A stretch of 63,046 nucleotides of DNA, the filler included, from Octopus bimaculoides (Eukaryota): NCBI RefSeq assembly GCF_001194135.2. It is 4 parts of 4 records of this genome, joined end to end, with 100 filler letters (N's around TTAATTAATTAA, not from the genome) between each part and the next. Parts side by side here need not be neighbours in the genome. Positions count along the whole stretch, not along the records: positions 21,219 to 47,282 come from NC_068983.1; positions 47,383 to 59,274 come from NC_068986.1; 2 more parts are not named here. The stretch is one strand, 5' to 3'. Both the position numbers and the translations under genes were made by a program. Below, piece by piece: positions 39,404 to 51,079 of this stretch. Positions within the stretch are counted from its first letter, which is position 1. Each line of letters opens with the position of its first letter. The notes beneath the pieces are model-generated. The model worked only from the letters and a program-made list of their open reading frames with translations. It was not told the origin of the DNA and did no database searches.

Positions 39404-40947
39404 TTGTGTGTGTATGTGTGTTAGCGTGCGTGCGCGCGTGTTATTTATTCCTTTTGATCTCTGTTACACATTAATGTTATATCGCCTGAAGAAGTGAATC
39501 CATGAGGATGATGATCAACTCGATGCCCGCGGATACTACGGACTACACTGTAACCATTCCAGGAATATGTACTGTGATCGTAAGAGACATGGGATTTGTG
39601 GAAACGTGCGTAGTGATGCATTGAATGTTTATAAGATCCATTCAAGGGTTATTGTTATTATTAATACATATTATATATATATATATATATACATATTGAG
39701 GTATTTCCCGCTCAACCATATTGTCAGATGTTGCTGCTGCTGTTGTTGCCGCCGTTCATCGCTTTACTGTCTCTTTCATGTAAATTCCAGTATACTAAGA
39801 ATCTTAGGAATGTGGCCGCTGTTATCCCAAATATGTCGGGATTCAGGCCCATTAGTTCCTCTCGGCCTGATTTACCGAGGGCAGACAATCACACACACAC
39901 AGACACACAAATACTTACGCACACGCTGAGACAAACACGCTGCCACTCACACCCACACATACATGCAGTCATATCCACACAAACACACATTCACTCACTC
40001 TCTCTCTCTCTCTCTCTCTCTCTCACGCACACACTCTCATGCGCACACTATATCACACTAACTGACATACACACACGCACTCACACACACACATTCGCAT
40101 AGACAGTAACATTAACGTACACACTCCCTAATACACAGCCGCCCACGCACTAACACACACTAGTCACAGACACACATTCACACATACGCACTAGCATTAA
40201 TACCCCGCCATTCACACCCACCCACATAGCCGTCCACCCCTCTCCATTGATTCCCCACCACCACCACCACATAAGACACTACGATTTCACCATCTTGTTT
40301 ATCCCACCCCCAATTCACCCCAGCACCCTATCACTTTCTCCACCCGCCGCCATACCTCTCCATCTCACCACCCGGTCACCCACCACCAGGTCACCCACCA
40401 CCCTTCCTCTACACACTATCCTTTCCATACCAACTCCCTACCNNNNNNNNNNNNNNNNNNNNNNNNNNNNNNCCCCCCTTTCCACCCCGTTCACTCTACC
40501 CTCTTATCTAACCAGCCCACTTTTAACAAGAGCCGCTAGTCATGCTAGAAGTTGCAGCCAAATCTTCCTCAAATGACACCCCACCCTCTTAAAGAAGAAA
40601 CAACACGTAGCGGTAGATAACCTCTAAAAAGACTGGATGGTTGGTCACGGTTGGTAGGGTTTTGATCATAGGTGTGCTCAATAAACTTTGACCCATGGCT
40701 AAACAGCCCTTCGCACCAATACTAACCGCTTTTAATTTGCTCTTTTTCTTTCTTTTCTTCTCTCTTTCTCACGTGTCTCCTTCCCTCCTCCTTCTCCTTG
40801 TTCCTCCCTGTCCATCTCTTCAGACTCTCCTTCTCAATCTCCGTCTCTCTTTCCCGTCTTCTCTTTTTCAGTGTTGTCCATTTTCGTCATTCTTTTTCCT
40901 TCCTTTTCCTTTCTTCTCTTTCCCTCTGGACTTCCAGTCTTACTTCA

Positions 40948-41031
40948 TTCTTCTTCTTCTTCTTCTTCTTCTTCTTCTTCTTCTTCTTCTTCTTCTTCTT
41001 CTTCTTCTTCTTCTTCTTCTTCTTCTTCTTC
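40948..41031. repeat. (TTC)n microsatellite
   Basis: Read directly; it abuts the 5' end of the RTE element. Confidence 0.97.
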
Positions 41032-42232
41032 AAAGATCCACTTGATGGCGCTTCTTCGGAGGCGTTCAACATATGTAGCGGCGTAAAGTAAAGCGGTGTG
41101 AAGCAGAGCTGTGTGCTTGACTCCAACCTGTTTGGAATCTTATCAGCCATGCTGAAACACGCATTTGGAACATCAATTGATGGTGTCTGCCTCCACATCA
41201 GATCAGACGGTAAACTGCTTAGTCTGTCGAGGTTGAAAGCAAAATCCAGGGTTGGTCCGGTACTTATCAAAGAAGTGATGTTCTCAGACGATGCAGCACT
41301 GACAGCGCACTCTGGTGGTGAGGGATGCAGCACAGCGTGGAGAAACTCTCAAGAGCCTGTCAGGAATTCAGCCAAGGTGTCAAGCATTCTCTAACATCGT
41401 CATCATCAACTACAAGCTGGAGGTAGTCCATGAATTCATCTACCTCGGATCTACCGTCTCAGGTGATTTCTCCGTGGGCCCCGAGATCAGCAGTCGAATG
41501 GGACGAGCATCCTCTATATTTGCCAGGTTCACAAAGAGAATCTGGCAATACTGAAAACTGATCGCAAACATCAACATTGCTGTATATAAGGCGTGGGTCC
41601 TCAGCGCACCACGACAGCGAAACATGGAGCCTCTACTCCAGACCAGAGCGACTTCTCAACGTCTTCCACCTTCGTAATCTGAGACGCATTTTGGATATCA
41701 AGTGGATCGACCGAGTCACCAACACCGAAGTCCTCAACAGTGCCACGATACCGAGTATATTTTGCCTGCTCCAGCAGCGCCGTCTGCGCTGGCTCGATCA
41801 TATACATCGTGTGCTGGACTGGAGGATCCCAAAAGACTTCTTCTGTGGGGAATTGGCCACCAGCGCAAGAGGACAATCTTATCCTTGTTTCAAGGACGTC
41901 TACAAGAGAGACATGAAATTAGTAGATCTGGACGTCCTGAGATGGGAGGAGATCGCAAATGATCGCCAGGGGATGGAGACAAATACTATGTCAGGGGATG
42001 GAGCGAGGGGAAGAGTAACTGAAACTTGCCACCAAGGAAAAGTGCATTCAAAGAAAGGAAAAAACCAGTAGTGCCCGTAGAGAGCTTCTTCAAATGCTGT
42101 CGCTGCCACTCCCGTGTGGACCCGTTGCAGCCACAGCACACGCTGCACCGCCACCATCAGCAGCTGACACGTATATATTCTCCAGGTGCAGACCCACGGT
42201 CTCTCGTGACCGACAGATGCCTACTATAACTA
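41032..42232 (+). mobile_element. RTE-clade LINE, 5'-truncated, decayed
   Basis: RT motifs DGASSEAFNICSGVK(QSCVL), RSDGKLLSLSRLKAK, EVMFSDDAALTAHS, LEVVHEFIYLGS, SETWSLY..FHLRNLRRILDIKWIDRVTNTEVL, QRRLRWLDH and RIPKD..GEL. The 3' UTR ends CAGATGCCTACTATAAC. Confidence 0.93.
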
Positions 42233-42630
42233 TATTTAAGACACGGCTTCTGCTGCTACTCAACTAAACACCCTAATTCACATCCGTTGACTGTCATAAA
42301 GTCACTCGCAATACCACACGAGGCTTGGCCCACAAATGAGCTGTGTCTTCTCTCTCTCTAGTTTCTACCTCTACTATAATCCCCTCATGAGAATCGGAAA
42401 CACTGGATAAAACCCAGCGGATAAGCTCTTGCTGCCAAGTTAAATAAAACATACTTATTAACAAAGTGCCAAAAATGTTTCACTTCTGCAAATACATGCC
42501 ATAACAGCATCTGCATTCCTCGTCTTATTATTACTTTGTCGTGCTTCCAACTCCAAAACATGCACTACTTAAGTAATAATAACAGCATGTTTACAAGAAA
42601 TATTTCCGTGGACTGTTAAAAAGAGGTCAG

Positions 42631-42674
42631 AGTTGCTGATGAAATCCCAACACTGGACTGAAACATGTTCGGAT
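42631..42674 (+). ncRNA. Candidate minimal type I hammerhead ribozyme
   Basis: AGTTG-CTGATGA-AATCC-CAACACT-GGACT-GAAA-CATG-TT-CGGAT. The core is intact, stem II pairs 4/5, stem III is the palindrome ACATGT, and stem I is short and wobble-rich. Confidence 0.5.
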
Positions 42675-43107
42675 GATCATTTAGTGTGGCTTTAAATAGT
42701 CAATTCTTTATTGATCGTCCAAAATATTAAATTGACTGCGTTTGAAGTGAAGAACAGTATGTGTGTTTGTAGTTACATGGGCACAAATATTTGATTCAAT
42801 GGTACAACATTTATGGAATAACGAACATTAATAGTTTGGAATCTACTATAATTCTTATTAGATAATATTATGAAAGCAGTTCATAGCTATTGAAGACAGA
42901 ATAAGTAGATAGAATTTTGAAGGATCAGTCTCAGTTTACCATACCACCACAAAAGACAATATATCACCTTACGCGAATGTGGCTTGACCAATCAGCACTC
43001 CGCGTATGCATGTATGTATACATTATGTATGTATGCATGTATGCATGTATGTATTATGCATGTATGTATGTATGTATGTATGTATGTATAGATAGATAGA
43101 TAGATAG

Positions 43108-43151
<44 letters not shown>

Positions 43152-43159
<8 letters not shown>

Positions 43160-43287
43160 GAAATTTACGGAAAAACGAAAGACGAAGCATATGTATGAAC
43201 AACAAGCAATTGTATTAGTTTGACGCTCGGGAAAATGAGAAAGTCTTTCACGTTTCGAGCCTACGCTCTTCAACAGAATGGAATAAG
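43152..43287 (-). repeat. Dispersed repeat family P (probable Penelope pseudo-LTR derivative)
   Basis: Homologous to 15658-15845. The minus strand contains CTGTTGA-A-GAGC-GTAG-GCTC-GAAACGT. Confidence 0.7.
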
Positions 43288-43393
43288 NNNNNNNNNNNNN
43301 NNNNNNNNNNNNNNNNNNNNNNNNNNNNNNNNNNNNNNNNNNNNNNNNNNNNTGGAATAAGAGAAAATATAGAGAGAACTTGTGGATTTAGCG

Positions 43394-43439
<46 letters not shown>

Positions 43440-44010
43440 CATACATACATACTTATGTGCATGCATACATACATTCATACATACATACATCTATTCATGC
43501 ATACAACCACGCATATACATACACATACAGACACGTGCATACATACAAACACGCATTTACATACAGAGAGGTAGACATACAGATATAAGAGAACGCTTGG
43601 TAGACAGGTGTGCTGTATGATGACTTGGTGGCAGTGGTAGTGATGGTGGTGGTGGTGGTCATTGTTGGTGGTAGCTAGGGAAGGGGTGGCGGGTGTCCTA
43701 CCAGCTGAACAGTAGTGTAGTTAAGTAAAAAGTTCGGGGGTGCAAATAAGTTTTATTTGAAGCAGGAGATCTGATAATAGTCGAGTAATATAGTCGGGTA
43801 GAATAGTAGCTAGGTAGTAAATCAAGTTGATAGGAAGTTAGGGTAGGTGAACGGGTACATAGAAGGGTACGGTAGATAGTTGTGTAAGTAGGTGGAGAAG
43901 TAGATAACGAGGTCGTTGTTTATATGTGGGTAGTTAGGGAACTGGTTGATGTGATAAGGGTATGAGAGGGTGGGGAAAATGATGTCAGTGTAAACATCTA
44001 GGGTAGATAT

Positions 44011-44319
44011 CGGGTGAGACGGGGAGGGGAGAGAGAGGGGGAGAGAGAGAAGAGGGGAGAGAGTGGAAGAGAGAGAGGGAGAGAGAAGGGAAAAGAGAGA
44101 GAGAGAGGGGATAGAGGTAGAGAGGGCAGAAAGGGAGAGAGAGAGGAAGAGAGAGGGAGAGAAGGAGAGAGGGAGAGAAGGAGAGAGGAAGAGAAAGAAG
44201 GAGAGAGAGGGGGAGAGGGAGAGGGAGAGAGAGAGGAAGAGAGGAGAGAGACAGGAAGAGAGATGGAGAGAGAGAGGGAACGAAAGAGGGGAAGAGAGAG
44301 AGAGGGAGAGAGAGAGAGG

Positions 44320-44385
<66 letters not shown>
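44011..44385. repeat. Homopurine (GA-rich) tract ending in (GA)n
   Basis: About 375 bp of almost pure purine on the plus strand. Confidence 0.95.
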
Positions 44386-44387
<2 letters not shown>

Positions 44388-44787
44388 GGTGAGTTCGTAG
44401 ACCTTAGGGAAGTACCCCAATATATAATCGATCATCAGAAAGAGTCTAAATCATGTCACTCCTTTAAGCAAACAAATTGTTGCTATGGTAACACAAGTCG
44501 CCGATTTCCGAGGAGCCAATATATATATATTGCCCACAAAGAGACACACAGATGAATATGTGTGTGTGTGTGTGTGTGTGTGCGTGTGTGTGTGTGTGCA
44601 TGCGTGCGTGAGTGTGTATGCATTTGTGTGGATGGGTGGGTGGGTGCGCGCATGTGTAGGGTCATACGTACATACGTATGTATATGTATGTCTTTACGTT
44701 TACTTTCTTTTATTAGTTCCAGCACACACACATACACACACACACACACACACACGCTCATATAAGATATAAGTAGGTGTGTGTGTG

Positions 44788-44789
<2 letters not shown>

Positions 44790-44820
<31 letters not shown>

Positions 44821-44968
44821 AGAAAGACAGACAGACAGATAGACAGATAGATACATATATAAATTGAGAGAGAGAGAGAGAGAATGAAGGAGAGAGAGAA
44901 AAAGAAAGAAACAGAGAAAGAGATAAACAGATCGATCGATATATTGATAGATAGATAGATAAATAAAT

Positions 44969-45022
<54 letters not shown>

Positions 45023-45023
45023 T

Positions 45024-45082
<59 letters not shown>
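44790..45082. repeat. Compound GA/GACA/GATA microsatellite
   Basis: Read directly. Confidence 0.95.
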
Positions 45083-45504
45083 TTGCTTCTCTCTGTGTGT
45101 AATTCAATAAGACATATAATGATGAATATCATGAAGTTGATGTGCTTAGCGAATGAACTTCCCAAATTCGACTCCTGCCCCCTGATGTATGAAATAGTAA
45201 CAGCCAAGCAGAGAAGGGTTCGTTCCTGAGACCATTGTTGCATGGGTTAACTCACATGACCACTACAACTAAACGGAGTCAGTTTGGAATATCTTGTTAA
45301 GTGGACTCCTGTGAATGTACAATAAGCGGAACGAGTCGAGAGCTTGAGTCCTACATGTTCGCCATGAAAGCTCCAAAGATAACGAGGTCAGTTGTTATTA
45401 TAACCGAGAATATTTATGTTTTGTATTCTCAAACGTTGGATAAACATACAAAGAACAAAAACAGGTTAATCAGAGAGAGAGAAAGAAAGAAAGAAAGAAA
45501 GAGA

Positions 45505-45556
<52 letters not shown>

Positions 45557-45779
45557 AAGAGTGAACACTGATAACATATTTTGTTCCTGCCCGAGCCCAC
45601 ATGTTACACATTTTATATCTACACACTTGGGGCTTTGTGGTGGGTAGCTCATGAGCAAATATATGTAAATAGTAATCCAGTTTGGATCTAGATTACCTAG
45701 GTTTTATTCTAACATCAACGGCAGCATCGTCCCAATTATAGGAACAGTAGCCCCATTATGGGTGTAGAAAAACCTGCGT

Positions 45780-45995
45780 GTGTATAACAACAGGAGCTGC
45801 CCCAAATATGTGAACTGAGAGCCAATGCGGGCTCTAGTTGAGTGTAAAGGATCAGTAACTGATCTAGGTTGAAGTATTTCCTGGTTCTGAAAACATAAAT
45901 CACAACAACGATGATTTTGTGGGTAGTGGAGTCTTCCAGGTTCTGCGTTCGCAACCCGCTTTGCAGTTAACTCAATATATACACTTTGTAAATTA
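45780..45995 (-). mobile_element. CR1/Zenon-like LINE fragment
   Basis: Minus frames read YIELTAKRVA and VFRTRKYFNLDQLLILYTQLEPALALSSHIWG, resembling the (L)FR..YFTP.QLL.LYK.Q.RP..EYCSH.W motif. Confidence 0.7.
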
Positions 45996-46081
45996 AAAAC
46001 AAAAGCGTCAACCCCCTCCAGGTCCACCTCCTTGTATCTCACTCCTTAAAAACTACCACGATAGTTTTAGTAAAACCAAAA

Positions 46082-47225
46082 TCCATCACCCACCAATGTT
46101 CCGAAGAAATTTAGTGAAAGTAATGTTGCTGCCCTCGGCATCAGCAAAGCTTTCGACCCCATCTGCCATGCAAAATTCTTATCGAATTTGCCCACTTAAG
46201 GACTCCAGCCTTCCCTGTCTCGCACCTCTTAGATCTACAGCTTCTTTTTACATCGCACTATCATATTTTGTGTTGACTGAGCTCTTTCTGGCCCTCGTTC
46301 TTCTTACGATACCCTTTATTCTTATCGAAACTGCCTAAACACCACACACCAAACACATCCACTAACCTCATACACAGTGACCTCCAAAACTACCCTCCAG
46401 TTGGAATATGACAATCTTGTCTTTTTCAATGGCAAAAACCACAAGCACTATTCATATAAAGAAGAAAAAAAACCTCACAAAACATCATGGTTCCCCACCC
46501 CTTTAATCCTGACCAACATACAATTAGAACCCTCAGTGATGGACCACACCGTCACTGAGGATCTGCCCTGTCGAATGTACATTCCCATCAACAAACCATT
46601 CTCTTCAGGATCAGAAAAGAATTCAGTCCACAATAATTCTTGGTTTCAAATTTTGGCAAAAGATTAGCAATTTCCAATGGTTCTTAATTTATTGACTCCG
46701 AAAGGATGAAAAAGCAAAGTCGACCTCGGTGGAATTTGAACTCAGAACGTGCAGACAGACGAAATGTCCCAAAGTGTTTTGTCCGGCGTGCTAACGATTC
46801 TGCCGGCTTGCCACCAATAATAATTATTATTACTCAACAAAACGCACGCGGGGGATACAACGAAGTATTGCTTTCACCTCTAGGGACGTTTCTGTTGCTA
46901 TACTTGCAGACATCCAGAAAAGGTCCACCTGACTGACTGGCATAAAGTCACTCTCAGATACACTCCAGACTCTGACCCACAGGTGTGCTGTCTCCACTCC
47001 CTAACTTTTCTACCACATTGGCCTCTGTTCTTCAGAACCGGCTGGGTTCATACCATGTCCACTCAGGTATTTCTCACCCAACCGCAACCCCACCTCTCAG
47101 CACCTCTAACCCACACACTAACCCCTACACCCAGGCCTTCCGTCCCAATTCCTCATCTTCCTTAGAAATACCTTCACTGCTCAGGTGTTGACTTCCAGGA
47201 GTTCAACAGGAGCAATAATGGCATC
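46082..47225 (+). mobile_element. CR1/Zenon-like LINE, RT to C-terminus, heavily decayed, interrupted by a SINE
   Basis: VAALGISKAFDPICHAKFLSNLPT*G (compare ALDISKAFDRVWH..LLSKLPSYG), RTIIFCVD, NLVFFNG, TVTEDL, YCFHL*G, ADIQKRST*LTG, HRCAVS, LCSSE and SNPHTNPYTQAF occur in colinear order. Confidence 0.8.
46676..46814 (-). mobile_element. SINE family B inserted in the CR1-like LINE
   Basis: ttattgactccgaaaggatgaaaaagcaaagtcgacctcggtggaatttgaactcagaacg..gtgctaacgattctgcc, followed by AAT/ATT repeats. Confidence 0.88.
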
Positions 47226-47494
47226 AGTTTCGCCGGTCTTGGAGGACTGACGAAGGCCACGGGCACAGAACCCCCCCCCCCCNNNNNNNNNNNNNNNNNN
47301 NNNNNNNNNNNNNNNNNNNNNNNNNNTTAATTAATTAANNNNNNNNNNNNNNNNNNNNNNNNNNNNNNNNNNNNNNNNNNNNATATATATATATATATAC
47401 TTACACATATATACATATGTACATAGATACATACATATATACATACAAACAAAGAAACACACATACATATTGCTTGCCTCGGTTATTGGTCTGT

Positions 47495-47745
47495 GGTCAT
47501 TCTGAGACACTCGTAGTGCATATTCGACCAGAATGAAGTGACAGCAACATTAACAAACCAACCCTGGTTATCAGATAGTGATGGGGGACTAACACAAGCA
47601 CACACACACACACATCAGGCTCTTTCAGTTTGCCTATGAAACAGGTCAGCCTGGAGCTATAATAGAAGACATTTGACCAAAGTGTCATACAGTAGGATCG
47701 AACCCAAGATCACATGGTTGGGAAGCAAGCTTCTTAACCACAAAC
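47495..47745 (-). mobile_element. SINE family A, degraded and internally deleted
   Basis: ctctttcagttt..ctataatagaagacatttgaccaaagtg..ggatcgaaccc..catggttgggaagcaagcttcttaaccac. Confidence 0.7.
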
Positions 47746-47842
47746 ATAATCATTTTAAAATGAATTAACTGATAATTATTATTTCACTTTAAAACGAATC
47801 AGTTACTGAGAAATGAGAAAGATAATTAAAACACCGACTTAC

Positions 47843-48100
47843 CGGAGAAAACCGGTATCTCTGTATTGGAACCTGGTAGACTGATGGCATGCTTGGAACA
47901 GTCAGTTTCTTCCTTCTTGATCGCTGCAGCACCAGTAACTGCAGGGAGATTTGAAATTGGTGTCGTTGGAGAAGCTTTCTCTTTGTCTCCAGTTGGATAA
48001 ATCTTCGGAGATTGGCTTTTACTGGATAGGAATGTGAATGAGCCAACAAGAGCAGATTCAGATATTAAATCTACAATTAGTTTGCACCAAATACGACCGG
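47843..48100 (-). CDS. Internal coding exon (258 nt, phase 1-1) of an unidentified host gene
   Basis: Acceptor TTCTCTTTCTCTTTTTGCAG| and donor CCG|GTAAGT. Only one frame is open: GRIWCKLIVDLISESALVGSFTFLSSKSQSPKIYPTGDKEKASPTTPISNLPAVTGAAAIKKEETDCSKHAISLPGSNTEIPVFS. The sequence is non-repetitive with no TE motifs. Confidence 0.75.
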
Positions 48101-48576
48101 CTGCAAAAAGAGAAAGAGAATATATTCGTTAATGCTTGTGTTACTATATTTTTGTATTAGTTTCATTTAATTTTGGAAATACTGAAGAACTTCCTAAAAT
48201 AACCTTGTCGTTATTAAACAATGTCTGGAACATAAAACAGCATAAAAATTGGATAAAAGGTTCTCATTTAGATCACTTTAACCTTTTTGTCACTACATGT
48301 CTGCTCGAGTACACTGGCTTTGTTTCAATTATTTTTGAAGGTAATGAATAATTTACTAAAATAACTTTGTCATTATTACGCAATTGCTTGGAACATATAT
48401 TACCATGAAATTTGAAATTTTGATAGAAAGTTTCAATTTAATCTTTTTAATCTTTTGTTTTCCATATTTCTGTTTAAATACTCTGCTTTTATTTCAATTA
48501 ATTTCAGAAATAATGAAGTATTTAATAAAATAGCTTTGCCATTATTAATGGAAAGTTTACGTTTATTGTTTTGCAT

Positions 48577-49022
48577 CTTTTAACTTTTACTTGTTTCAGT
48601 CATTAGACTGTGGCCATGCTAGAGCACTGCTTTGAAGAATTTTGGTTGAATGTATCAACCCCAGTGATTATTTTTTTTTAAAACTTGATACTTATTTTAT
48701 CAATCTCTTTTGCCAATCACTAAGTTACAGGGACATAAACACACCAACATTTGTTGTAAAGCACTGGTGGTCGGAGCAACACACACGCACACACACAAAC
48801 ACACACAGACACACACACACACACATACACAGACAGACAGACACACACACACACACAAACACGGACTTCTTTCAGTTTCTGTCTACCAAATCCACTCACA
48901 AGGCTTTGGCTGGCCTGTGGCTATACTAGAAGACACTCGCCCAAGGTGTCACGCAATGAGACTGAACCCAGAACCATGTGGTTGAGAGGTGAACTTTTAA
49001 CCACACAGCCATCCCTGGGCCT
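48577..49022 (-). mobile_element. SINE family A, full length
   Basis: Minus-strand A box TGGCTGTGTGG, B box GGGTTCAGTCTC, CORE-like domain, internal (CA)/(CAGA) tract and tail ..ATGACTGAAACAAGTAAAAG. Confidence 0.9.
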
Positions 49023-49354
49023 AAGGAGGAAGTTTGTATCAGCAGAGTTGGTACAAAAATGGTTGATTATATTAACTAAAGTGGTTAAAAAATATATAAA
49101 GACTTGACAAAAAACAATTCCACTGACAATTTCATTACTGATTCTATGATCATCTTAACAGCTGTTTTTACCATTCTGGAGTATAGGTGGACAGGTGGAT
49201 AGATAGATCAGTAAACGAATGTCCCAAGATTGTATTGTTAAGCTTCTGTTTTCTTCTCATCAGAGAAGGCCCAACCTCTCACTACTTTATCTATGTCTAC
49301 TATCAACTTACTGTATTTTTGCCCTTGGTATTTAGTATATGGACAGGTGGATGG

Positions 49355-49412
<58 letters not shown>

Positions 49413-50554
49413 NNNNNNNNNNNNNNNNNNNNNNNNNNNNNNNNNNNNNNNNNNNNNNNNNNNNNNNNNNNNNNNNNNNNNNNNNNNNNNNNNNNNNNNN
49501 NNNNNNNNNNNNNNNNNNNNNNNNNNNNNNNNNNNNNNNNNNNNNNNNNNNNNNNNNNNNNNNNNNNNNNNNNNNNNNNNNNNNNNNNNNNNNNNNNNNN
49601 NNNNNNNNNNNNNNNNNNNNNNNNNNNNNNNNNNNNNNNNNNNNNNNNNNNNNNNNNNNNNNNNNNNNNNNNNNNNNNNNNNNNNNNNNNNNNNNNNNNN
49701 NNNNNNNNNNNNNNNNNNNNNNNNNNNNNNNNNNNNNNNNNNNNNNNNNNNNNNNNNNNNNNNNNNNNNNNNNNNNNNNNNNNNNNNNNNNNNNNNNNNN
49801 NNNNNNNNNNNNNNNNNNNNNNNNNNNNNNNNNNNNNNNNNNNNNNNNNNNNNNNNNNNNNNNNNNNNNNNNNNNNNNNNNNNNNNNNNNNNNNNNNNNN
49901 NNNNNNNNNNNNNNNNNNNNNNNNNNNNNNNNNNNNNNNNNNNNNNNNNNNNNNNNNNNNNNNNNNNNNNNNNNNNNNNNNNNNNNNNNNNNNNNNNNNN
50001 NNNNNNNNNNNNNNNNNNNNNNNNNNNNNNNNNNNNNNNNNNNNNNNNNNNNNNNNNNNNNNNNNNNNNNNNNNNNNNNNNNNNNNNNNNNNNNNNNNNN
50101 NNNNNNNNNNNNNNNNNNNNNNNNNNNNNNNNNNNNNNNNNNNNNNNNNNNNNNNNNNNNNNNNNNNNNNNNNNNNNNNNNNNNNNNNNNNNNNNNNNNN
50201 NNNNNNNNNNNNNNNNNNNNNNNNNNNNNNNNNNNNNNNNNNNNNNNNNNNNNNNNNNNNNNNNNNNNNNNNNNNNNNNNNNNNNNNNNNNNNNNNNNNN
50301 NNNNNNNNNNNNNNNNNNNNNNNNNNNNNNNNNNNNNNNNNNNNNNNNNNNNNNNNNNNNNNNNNATATATATATATATATATATAAGTATATATGAGGA
50401 TATTATTGCTTATAGTACTATCAGTGGTTTAGCATGCATAAGAAACCTATAACGGTAAAAAATTATCAATTAATAGTTAAGGGTACTAATAAATATATAT
50501 ACGTACATACATACATATATATATACATACACACACACTTACATACTCACACAT

Positions 50555-50690
50555 GCTGGCATGACTTGGATGGTTTGATAAGATCTGATGAGTCTAAAGA
50601 CTTGTGCTCCATCCAGTGATCTCCAATGTCTACTTTGGTATAATGTCTACAGCTGGATGCCCTTTCTAATGCCAACCATGTTACAACATG
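50555..50690 (-). mobile_element. Repeat family E (RTE-type 3' tail) fragment
   Basis: The minus strand reads TGGTTGGCATTAGAAAGGGCATCCAGCTGTAG, homologous to 56140-56175. Confidence 0.65.
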
Positions 50691-51048
50691 TACTACATAT
50701 ATGTATATATGTGTGTTTGTGTGTGGGTGTTGTGAGTGTTTGTGTGAGAGAGAGAGAGAGGTAGAGTGCATCGTTTCATTGTAAAATCTGTCCCGGCATG
50801 TCTCCTCTAACCCATACCAGCAAGGAAAATATGACAAAAGGATGTAAAACTGAACAGACCGAGTAAATGAAAGATTTAGAAATAAAAGAAAATAATTGTT
50901 AAAAAAATGGTATAAAAGTACAACGGTGTTTTTCTTTCTTTTCTGTTTGGTTTTAGATATAAATATAAAAACAGAGACATTTATTTCACAATGGCTGTGT
51001 GTGACAATCAGAAAGGACTGTTGTAACAGAATGAGTCACCCATAGTGC

Positions 51049-51079
<31 letters not shown>

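Noticed and set aside
45780-46500. Twin-priming 5' inversion of a single LINE
   Set aside because: The inverted piece duplicates a segment already present in the plus-strand copy instead of supplying upstream sequence.
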